This document shows, one piece after another, positions 54,212 through 64,000 of a stretch of 64,000 nt of DNA. The notes beneath the pieces are model-generated. The model had not been told where the DNA came from. It ran no database searches and saw only the letters and a list, made by a program, of their open reading frames with translations. The translations under genes and the position numbers were made by a program. Source of the stretch: the human T2T-CHM13v2.0 reference genome, Homo sapiens; NCBI RefSeq assembly GCF_009914755.1, contig NC_060927.1; one strand, written 5' to 3'. Positions within the stretch are counted from its first letter, which is position 1. The number at the start of each line of letters is the position of its first letter.

Positions 54212-55081
54212 CATTAACAAGTGGGTAAGGGACATGAACAGACATGTCTCAAAAGATATACATGCAGCCAACAAATACATGAAAAAAAAAAGCTCAACAT
54301 CACTGATCACTAGAGAAAAGCAAATCAAAACCACAATGAGATACCATCTCATGCCAGTCAGAATAGCTATTATTAAAAAATAAAAAAGTAACAGAATCTG
54401 GTGAGGTTGCAGAGAAAAGGGAATGCTTATACACTGTTGATGAGATTGTAAATTAGTTCAATCATTACAGAAAGCAGTGTGGTGATTCATCAAAAAGCTA
54501 AAAACAGAATTACCATTCAAAGCAGCAATCCCATTACTGGGTATATACCAAGAGAAATATAAATTATTCTATTATAAAGATACATACATGCGTATGTTCA
54601 TTGCAGCACTATTCACAACAGCAAAGACATGGAATCAACCCAAATGCCCATCAGTGATAGACTGGATAAAGAAAATGTGGTACATACACACCATGGGATA
54701 CTATGCAGCCATAAAAAGGAACAAGAACATGTCATTTGCAGGGACATGGATGGAGCTGGAAATCATTATCCTCAGCAAACTAATCCAGGTACAGAAAACC
54801 ATGCACCACATATTTTTACTTGTAAGTGGGAGCTTGTATGTAAATGATGAAAACACATGGACACATTGTGGGGAACAAAGTGCACTGGGGCCTGTCGGGG
54901 GTGGTAGTGGGATAGGGAGAGCATCAGGAAGAATAGCTAATGGATACTGGGTTTAATTCCTAGGTGATGTGTTGATCTGTGCAGCAAACCACCATGGCAC
55001 ATGTTTACTTATGTAACAAACCTGCACATCCTGCACATGTGGTACTTTTAAGTACCCCAGAACTTAAAAGTTGAAGAAAAA
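54212..55081 (+). mobile_element. 5'-truncated L1PA (PA8-10-like)
   Basis: ORF2 C-terminal ORF 54588-54956; 17-bp TSD aata(c/g)taaggggttctc. Confidence 0.92.
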
Positions 55082-55429
55082 AATAGTAAGGGGTTCTCTA
55101 GTTTTGTCAATGAGCTTAGTGATAATTCACAATAGGTACATTCGTTTTTAAGGAAAAAAGAAATAAAGCAATTATAAAATCAAAAACTAAAAGATTATTC
55201 AAAAAAGAAAGTATGAATTTATTTATTGATTCAGTACTTAATAATACTTATAAGTATCAAGTAAAATGTATTTCAAATATTTATTTATTCAAAATAATGG
55301 GGAGACAGACTGTCTTGTGTAATGAAAAATTTCTGTGTCATAGCACATGAAGGATGAGGGAAGGAAAGAAGGATGAGGGAAGGAAAGAAGATAATGTAGA
55401 ATCCTCATCCACCATAAAAGGAAGTAGGA

Positions 55430-55760
55430 CCCAGTGGCGTGGGTTCGCGAGTGGAATCTTCTGATCTGTGGGTTGCACAGTTCCATGGAAAAAGCACGGT
55501 TTCCCCAGCTGGGTAGCATGCTCACTCACTGCCTCCCTTGGCTCGGGGGTGAGGGCTTCCCTCCCCCATGTGGCTCTCGGGTGGGCCGACAAACCACACA
55601 GCATGCTCTTCCTTCCTATCTGTAGATCACGCCAGCCTCCTAGTCAGTTCTGATGAGAGAACCTGGATATCTTGGTTGCCAGTGAAGGATTCACATGCTT
55701 ATTACTGTTTTTTTTGATGGGAGGCTCAGATCATCGCTGTTTCTAGTCGACCATCTTCCC
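55430..55760 (-). mobile_element. Orphan L1PA 5'UTR with no body
   Basis: Begins aagatggtcgactagaa on the minus strand and ends abruptly after ~330 bp. Confidence 0.8.
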
Positions 55761-55849
55761 TTTGTTTTCTTATCTAGAAAACTCTACCTGAAGGGATGGA
55801 CTAAATCAGTGGTTCTCAGAATTGTTCCAGATCAGCAGCATCTACACCA

Positions 55850-57823
55850 ATCTCGTTCCTTTTTATGGCTGCATGGTATTCCATGGCATATATGTACCAC
55901 ATTTTCTTTATGTGGTCTATCATTGATGGACATTGGGGTTGATTCCATGTCTTTGCTATTGTGAATAGCGCTGCAATGAACATATGTGTGTATGTATCTT
56001 CATAATGGAATGATTTATATTCCTTTGAGTATATACCCAGTAAGGGGATTGCTGGGTCAGATGGTATTTCAGTTCTAAATCTTTGAGGAATAGCCACACT
56101 GTCTTCCACAATGGCTGAATTAATTTACACTCCCACCAACAGTGTAAAAGTGTTCCTATTTCTCTGCAACCTCATCAGCATCTTTTGTTTCTGGACTTTT
56201 TAATAATCACCATTCTGACTGGCATGAGATGGTATCTCATTGCAATTTTGATAAGCATTTTTTTAATGATCAGTGATGTTGAGCTTTTTTTCATATGTTT
56301 GTTGGCTACATGTATGCCTTCTTTGAGAAGCATCTGTTCATTTCCTTTGCCCACTTTTTAACGAGATTGTTTGCTTTTTCTTGTAAGTTTGCTCAAGTTC
56401 TTTGTAGATTCTGGATATTAGAACTTTGTCAAATGGATAGATCGCAAAACTTTTCTCTCATTCTGTAGGTTTTCTGATTGCTCTGATGATAGTTTCTTTT
56501 GCTGTGCGGAAGCTCTTTAGTATAATTATATCCCATTTGTCAATTTTGGCTCTTGTTGCAATTGCTTTGGGCAATTTCATCACAAAAGTTTGCCCATGCC
56601 TATGTCCTGAATGGTATTGCCTAGATTTTCTTCTAGGGTTCTTATAGTTTTGGGGGTTACATTTAAGTCTTTAATCTATCTTGAGTTAATTTTTGTATAT
56701 GGTTAGCCAGTACTTCCAGCCCCATTTGCTAAATACAGAATCCTTTCCCCATTGCTTGTTTTTGTCAGGTTTGTTGAAGATCAGATGGTTGTAGATGTGT
56801 GGTTTTATCTCTGAGTTCTCTATTTTGTTCCATTGGTCTCTGTGCCTGTTTTTGTACCAGTACCATGTTGTTTTGGTTACTGTAGCTTTGTAGTATAGTT
56901 TCAAGTTGGGTAGCATGATGCTACCAGCTTTATTCTTTTTGTTTAGGATTGTCCTGGCTATATGAGCTTTTTTTAGGTTCCATATGAATTTTAAAATAGT
57001 CTTTTCTAATTCTTGAAGAATGTCAATGGTAGTTTAATGGGAATGGCATTGAATGTATAAATTGCTTTGGGGCAGTATGGCCATTTTCACAATGTTGATT
57101 CTTTCTATCCATGAGCATGGACTGTTTTTCCATCTACTTGTGCCCTCTCTGATTTCCTTGAGCAGTTCTCCTTGAAGAGGCCCTTCACTTCCTTGTTAGC
57201 TATATTCCTAGGTATTTTATTATTTTTGTGGCAATTGTGAATGGGAGTTCATTCATAATTTGATTCTCTGCTTGTCTGTTGTTGGTGTGTAGGAATGTTT
57301 ATGACTCCTGCACATTGATTTTGTATATTTAAATTTTGCTGAAGTTCCTTATAAGTTTAAGAAGCTCTTGGGCTGAGTCAATGGGGTTTTCTAGATATAG
57401 GATCATGTCATCTGCAAACAAAGATAATTTGACTTCCTCTCTTACTATTTGAATACGCTTTATTTTTCTCTCTTGCCTGATTGCTCTGGCCAGAACTTCC
57501 AATATTATGTTGAATAAGAGTGGTGAGAGAGGGCACCCTTGTCTTGTGCCAGTTAAGGGGAACGCTTCCACCTTTTGCCCATTCAGTATGTTATTGGCTA
57601 TGGGTTTGTCGTAAATGGCTCTTATTATTTTGAGGTATGTTCCTTCAATACCTAGTTTATTGAGAGTTTTTGACATAAAGAGATGTTGAATTTTATTGAA
57701 GGTCTTTTCTGCATCTTTTGAGATAATCATGTGGTTTTTGTCTTTAGTTCTGTTTAGGTGATGAATTACATTTATTGATTTGCATATGTTGAACCAGCCT
57801 CGCATCCTGGGAATGAAGCCAAC
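55850..57823 (-). mobile_element. L1PA ORF2 fragment lacking the 3' terminus and A-tail
   Basis: Minus RT ORF 57329-57805 contains LFADDM; no poly(A) or TSD visible. Confidence 0.88.
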
Positions 57824-57941
57824 GTCCTTTTTTCAGTGGTGCAGTGGAGCGAATTCAGTGGAGCGAATTCTTAATTCGCTCTAAGAATTATCACAAAGTC
57901 ACAAGACTCTCTTTTCAAATAACAAGACTTCCTTAAAGTCT

Positions 57942-58035
57942 TGCTATTTCAAGTGTGCTTGGCAGATCATCAGTAGCAGCAACAGCATCACGTGGAAGCT
58001 TGTTAGAAATGCAGAACACTAGGCCCCCACCCAAT
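57942..58035. mobile_element. MER5A-like fragment (similar piece at 55806-55842)
   Basis: cagcatcacgtggaagcttgttagaaatgcagaa...ggcccccaccc. Confidence 0.72.
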
Positions 58036-58094
58036 GACTATTCTAAACTTCTTAGCCACGAAAACAAGAAAGAGAAGGATAAAATTGAGCATTT

Positions 58095-58659
58095 TATTTT
58101 TTTCTTTTTAAAATTTTTTATTTTCGTAGGTTTCTGAAAAAACAGGTGGTATTTGTTTACATGAGTAAGTTCTTTGGTGGTGACTTGTGGGATTTCAGTG
58201 CACCCATCACCTGAACAGTATACACTGAACCCAATTTGTAGTCTTTTATTCCTCACCCCCCTTCCCACACTTTCTCCCAAGTCCCCAAAGTCCATTGTAT
58301 CATTCTTATGCCTTTGCATCCTGATAAATTAGCTCCCACTTATGAGTGAGAATATACGATGTTTGTTTTCCAATCCTGAGTTACTTCATTGAGGATAATA
58401 GTCTCCAGTTTCATCCAGATTACTGCAAATGCCATTAATTCATTCCTTTTTATGGCTGAGTAGTATTCCATGGTGTGTGTGTATATATATGTCACAGTTT
58501 CCTTATCCAATCATTGATTGATGTGCGTTTAGACTGGTTCCATATTTTTGCAATTGCAGTGTGAAGATTCCTTAAAGAACTAAAAGTAGAACTATGATTT
58601 GATCCAGGAATCTCACTACTGTGTATCTACCCAGAAAAAAGAAGTCATTCTTCGAAAAA
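58095..58659 (-). mobile_element. L1PB 3' end with a short 5' inversion
   Basis: Minus 3'UTR to ~58557, then plus-strand upstream L1 sequence 58560-58659. Confidence 0.82.
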
Positions 58660-59249
58660 TTATTCTTACATGATATATGTACAACTAGCTTGTATAATTT
58701 TCCCTGTAGTTTACCATTTTCTATGTACTAACATCCCTAAACAAATTTTTAAAAATCAATTAAATATATATTGAGCAGCCACTTTGTTCAAGGACAGCTT
58801 TGCCATAAGGTACATAATAAAAGAACAGTTATAAGTCAATCAATGATTGAGTAAAATTTTAATTTTTCAGTATCAATTGCTTTATAGGAATGAGCATATA
58901 TACACAGCTAATTTAAGCCCACTATGCATGAAACTAAACTAAAAAAGTATGAAAAGTGGAGCAAATTTAATGATGTTTATATATCACCAAGAGTTGATTC
59001 AGTGAAAAAACAAAATAGCAACAATTGTTTGGTATCTAAAACCTGAAATTTTGTCTATGTAAATAGTATATAGAGACAATCTATCTCTCTAAAATAATAG
59101 AAATATTGCCAAAGTACCACTATACTAGCTGTTGGTGTGTGGGAAATTCTTTTGGTTACTTGTTTCTGTGTTTAATTTTTTAAATATTAATTATTTCTAT
59201 TATACATCAACTATTTATCATTACCTTATTTTTGTATCAACATGGTACC

Positions 59250-59573
59250 TTTTTTAAGGAACAAGGTCTCACTATGTCATCTAGGCTTTAGTGGAGTGGC
59301 ACAATCATAGCTCATGTAACCTTCAACTCCTGGTTTCAAGCAATCCTCTCACCTCAGCCTCCCAAGTAACTAGGCTACAGGTATGGTAGCCATTATGCTC
59401 AGCTAATTCTTTTATTTTTATTTTTTTATTTTAATTCTTTTATTTTTATTTTTTATAAAGATGGGGTCTTGTTATGTTGCCCAGGCTGGTCTCAAACACC
59501 TGGCCTCAAGCAATCCATTGGTCCTGGCCTTCCAAAATGTTGAGATTACAGATGTGAGCCAATGTACCCAGCC
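59250..59573 (-). mobile_element. AluJ
   Basis: Diverged dimer with an expanded linker; degenerate TSD aa(c/t)atg(g/a)tac. Confidence 0.88.
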
Positions 59574-61184
59574 CAATATGATACATCTTAATTAACACAA
59601 TGTTATCTATCCTTTCTCCTTTCTTTGCTTCCTGTACTAGATGCAGACAAGTTCAGAGATGAAGGCAGGTATTCAAGTGGAGGATTTTAAAAGAAATTCA
59701 CTATAAAATTCTGGGAGTTACAGGTACAAGAATTAGTAAGCTAATCATGGTCTTGTTTTTACTCTGACAGCTTTGCTACAGTCACTGCGTTCTCCACAAA
59801 TGGAACTATGTACAGAATTTATGACAACTAAAGTGAATTTCCTGAGAAATGTAATTTTGGAGAAATTGAAGGATTTATGAAGAGATGATACTAACAGAGG
59901 CATAGCAATGTTGCATTTGAACTGATATAACAAGCTGATTATGAAGAGGCATAGTGGAAGAAAATGATATTCAGGGGAATAATAAAAAGTCATCTGTGAC
60001 CAACTAAGTTGGTCTGAGTTCCACTTTAAATTTATTTCCAGAAATCTTTACTCTCCTGCTCCAATCCTGACTGGTTGCTTCCTATTTCCATTTTATGATT
60101 TCTTATTCTGGCACTTTCTTTTGATATTTACCTGGGAAATCTCCTCAGCTGTCTTCTCTATTGAAGCCCATGTTTCCAGAATCCTAGCTTCTTTACTGGT
60201 TTTCTCCTTATTTGAGAGTTTACATGCCTGAAATTTTCTTTGAATCTGTAGCATATTCGCAAGGGTCATTCAGTTTCTGCCTTGAAAGTTGCTCAAAATC
60301 TTGTCCCAAGAGGTATGTGTGCCTATCTGGGGTATTTGGGGACCTGGACAGGGAATGAGGGCTGGCAGGGATTGGGGGTGTATTTCTCTGGTAAATATAT
60401 AGATTCCACTTAATCCACCTATTTTCAGCCCCATATCTCCTCTTGAATCTTTCTGTTCCCATTGTCTGTAAGACTAAATTCTTTGTGATTCATGTTCTAT
60501 AGGGAATAAATCTAAAATCTGAGAATTTGGAAGGGAATGTTGAGACTTTTCAGGGTCTAACCACCTCTTACACAGAATTTCAAACAATTCTCTTAATTCC
60601 AGACCTGGGCTTTGCACTCACTTTCTGCAAAACCCAATTCTTGAGCCTTTGCAGCTTGGTTCTGTTTCCTCCTGAAGAAACACGTTCAGCTTCCTCTATT
60701 CTCCTGGGTGATCAAGCTTTCCATCCTCCAAAATACGTTAATGTTTCCTAACCCCCTGTGTCTTCTCTCCTGACATTTTGATTCCTTTAGGCCTATATGT
60801 TTTAAATATTATTATTGTCATATTAATAGCCATTCAGGAGAGAATAGACACGATACATCTATTCAATTCACCATGTCAAACTAGAAATCTCCATTTTTAT
60901 TTAAAATCCTGTGGCATTTTTTTATTTTTTTATTAAGAAATGTTTTTTCAAAGATAATTTTGGCAGAAATATAAGTAATTAAGACATTATCTTTCTTTTT
61001 TAAAACATAGTGATTAAAATAAAGTAGCATTTTCACTCTTTGAGCTATTTTAAACTGAGCATTTTAAAGGACTAGTGGAAAAGCTCTAGTGGAAAAATAT
61101 TCTAATGTATTTTTCTAATTATGGTTTCCTCTCTACTTCGCCCAATACCCCTCAGCATCCCCGCAACTTGGCCAACAGACTCAC

Positions 61185-61230
61185 CAGCTATGAAAAAAAA
61201 TGTGAACAGTATCCCAAAAGCTGAAGCCAT
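61185..61230 (-). pseudogene. CD200R-like leader (signal peptide) exon, coding part
   Basis: aagATGG Kozak context; MASAFGILFTFFFIA then G|gtgagt phase-1 donor. With the upstream WK it aligns to CD200R1 WRTANLGLLLILTIFLVA. Confidence 0.78.
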
Positions 61231-61349
61231 CTTCCAAAGGGAGTTATTTCTATTTTTTTTTTCTTATCTTTGCCTCTATGTTTTCTTCCACTGTATAATA
61301 GGCCTAGTTATGGTATTTTACTTCTCTTGCTCTGCTCCATTAGCACTGG

Positions 61350-61425
61350 TGAGAAATCCCCTGCTCTCTTAGATGGTTGTATTTTTGGCTCATGAGCAAC
61401 TTAAATAGAAGCATTTCCTGTTTGC
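61350..61425 (-). promoter_or_regulatory. Candidate proximal promoter motifs
   Basis: Minus strand: ETS-like CAGGAAATGC (61420-61411), TATTTAAG, C/EBP-like TTGCTCAT, and kB-like GGGGATTTCTC (61361-61351). Motif matches only. Confidence 0.35.
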
Positions 61426-62399
61426 ACAGTTGAGGTGATAATGACTGAATTTTCTGGTTTGTGCTTTTATACATTTACTTATTTCAAGAGAAGCATGTAT
61501 ATTTGACCCAGGATTCAGATCCAATTGTAATTGATTGAGCTATGTCCCAGATACTGTCAGAATGATTCTTATGAGGCATGTATAGTTATATTTATTTTTA
61601 TAGATAAGGAAGTAGAGATTCGAAAAGGTTAAGAAACTTATCCTAAGTCAATTAATGATACGGTAGAAGAATAACCAGCATAGAAAGAAAGACCTTTTCA
61701 TAAGTAATTTTCCTTATCTTCTACTGCATTTTGTATGTGTGTCTATGTATATTTTTTGGTATTTTGTTGTGTGGCTTATGAGAGGAGTTACACACAATCT
61801 CTCCTTCCAGGGATATGCACTTTAACATAGAAATCACTGAGGCAGAAAGTATTTAAAAGTAACATGCTCAAAAAGATCATAATACAAATAATTCTTCACC
61901 TAAATTATTGTATTAGCCTCTTCTACTTCATAATATTTACTTAATATCTCTTTTCATCTCTGTTCAGTTTGTTTTTTTTGGCTAAAGCAATTTAGGATAT
62001 GCTCTTTCCTTCTGCAAACTCAGGGTTGCTACATGGGTTGCAAAGGTAAAGATAAAGAGTGCTGACCAGTAGGCTGAAGTTTCTGCCCATAAATTCTCCT
62101 TACATCTTCCTGACCACACAATAATCCTGCCCTTGGATTTTCCTGTGCGTTCTCCCCACCCACTTCCAGTGGTTCATACTGGTTTCAGTTTGGCTAGACA
62201 AAAAGAATGGTTAGTGATAACTTTGTATGAAAAAGATGGATATAATTGTGCACATTTGTTAACTTTCTATACTACAGAGTTATCACCAGGATCAGATTCT
62301 TGTCTCCAGATAGATAATTCCTCAACACATTTGAAGGTGAATTTGGGATTTTTAGTGAAATAACAAAGAAATTCTATCCTCTATTTCTTGCCCACCCTC

Positions 62400-64000
62400 T
62401 ATTTTGAGTTGATTTTTGTGTAGGCCATAAGATAGGGCCCAATTTTATTCTTTTGCCTAGGGTTATTCAGTTTCCCCAATATCAATTGTCAAAGAGACTG
62501 TTCTGTCCCCATTGTGTATTTTTGGAATCCTAGTTGAAGATCAGTTGACTATATATGCATGAATTTATTTCTGGGATCTCTATTCTGTTATGCTGGTCTA
62601 TAGATGTCTTTATGCCAGTAGCATACTGTTTTAATTACTGTAGCCTGGTAGTATATTTTGATATAAGGAAGTGTAATGCCTCCAAGTTTATTCTTGGCTG
62701 TTTAAGGTCTTTTATGGTTTCATATGAATTTTATAATTGATTTTCTATTTCTGTAAAAATGTCATGGAATTTTGATAAGAATTGAATTGAATCTGTAGAT
62801 CTTTGTAGTGTCTTAGCCTATTTTGCTGCTATGACAAAATACCACAGACTGAGTAATTTGCAAACAAAAGAAATTTATTTCTCACAGCTCTGAAGGCTGA
62901 GAACTTCAAGATCAAGGCACCAGTAGACTCAGTGTCTTATGAGTGCTACTATTTGCTTCAAAGACGATGCCTTCTTGCTAAATCCTCTGCAGAGTAAGTA
63001 TGTTGTGTCTTCACATGACAGAAGGGACAAAGGGGGTCCCTGTCTGCCTCTTTATTAAGTCAGTAGTTCATTCATGAGGGTGAAGCCTTTATAGCTTAAT
63101 CACTTCTGAGGGGCCCCCCTCTTAATGCTGTTGCATTGAGCATTAAGTTTCAACAAGAATTTTGGAGGGAACACAAACATGAAAACCATAACAGGTAGTA
63201 TAAACATTGTAACAATATTAAGCCTTCCAATCCATGAACACAGAATGTCTTTCCATTTGTTTGTGTCTTCATTAATTTCTTTCATCAATGTTTTGTAATT
63301 TTCAGTGAACAAGTATTTCACTTGCTTAGTTAAGCTTATTCACAAGTATTTTTTGATGCTAATGTAAATAGGATTGTTTTCCTCATTTCCTTTACAGATA
63401 GTTTATTAGTATATAGAAATGCAACTGATTTTTGTATGTTGATGAAAATTCATAAATATGTGGAAATTAAATAATGCATTTTCAAACAAGTGGGTCAAAA
63501 AAAAATCAAAAGGGGATATAAAAAACACCTGACACAAACAACAATGAAAGTACAGCATACCAAAACTCCTGAGATACAGCAAAAATAGTGGTAAAAGGGA
63601 AGTTTATAGCAATGAATGCCTACATTAAAAAGAAGAAAAACCACAAATAAAAAACCTAACTCTATACCACAAGGAACTAGAATAATAAAAACAAATTAAA
63701 CCCACAGTTATCAGAAGAAGGAAATAATACAGATTACAGCAGAAGGAAACAAGATAGAGAATAAAATAACAATAGAAAAACATCAATGAAACTCAGGTTG
63801 GCTTTTTGAAAGACAAAATTGACAAACCTTTAGCTAGACTAAGAAAAAAAGGAGAAAAGACAAATAAATAAATAAAATCAGAAATTAAAGGGGAAACATT
63901 CCAACTGTTGCCACAGAAATAAAAAGGTTACAGGAGACTACTGCAAACAATTTTATGCCAACAAGTTAGATAACTTATAAGAAATGGATACATTCTTAGA
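62400..64000. mobile_element. L1MA/MB ORF2 with an orientation switch at ~63443
   Basis: Minus ORF2 62400-63440 (ORF 63100-63321), then plus-strand ORF2 to the window end. Confidence 0.8.
62809..63193 (-). mobile_element. MaLR solo LTR (MSTC/D or MLT1A-like)
   Basis: tgtcttag...aaaccataaca; TSD (t/g)gtag. Confidence 0.85.

Noticed and set aside
55348-55390. 19-bp purine tandem duplication (also short duplications near 2969 and 30030)
   Set aside because: Ordinary slippage duplications with no spacer structure; no CRISPR-like arrays or tRNA/rRNA genes were seen.
59745-59810. Minus peptide SSICGERSDCSKAV faintly like the CD200R stalk exon
   Set aside because: Similarity is too weak and the splice sites are unconvincing.
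62133-62363. Plus ORF containing SDSCLQI, resembling a CD200R V-domain strand
   Set aside because: Wrong strand, upstream of the leader exon, and lacks the DGxYxC motif.

Overview
This is primate genomic DNA, almost certainly human, because it contains an AluYa5 with all five diagnostic bases. It is mostly nested retroelements (L1PA/PB/MA/MB/MC/ME, Alu, MaLR/ERV1/ERVK solo LTRs, a degenerate ERV pol-env remnant) plus a few DNA transposons. None of the supplied ORFs is a credible standalone gene; nearly all are L1 or Alu fragments. The main non-repeat signal is not resolved by the ORF track: four minus-strand exons with GT-AG boundaries, homologous to the inhibitory receptor CD200R1. They are a leader (61230-61185), transmembrane (51360-51258), 46-nt juxtamembrane (50404-50359) and cytoplasmic-tail exon (49689-49566). 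I found no Ig-domain exons between them, and a 2-nt deletion destroys the NPxY motif. The four exons still join in frame into an 81-aa ectodomain-less ORF. The window is probably in the CD200R1/CD200R1L cluster on 3q13 (inference). Repeat subfamily names and CD200R1 comparisons come from remembered sequences and need alignment confirmation.
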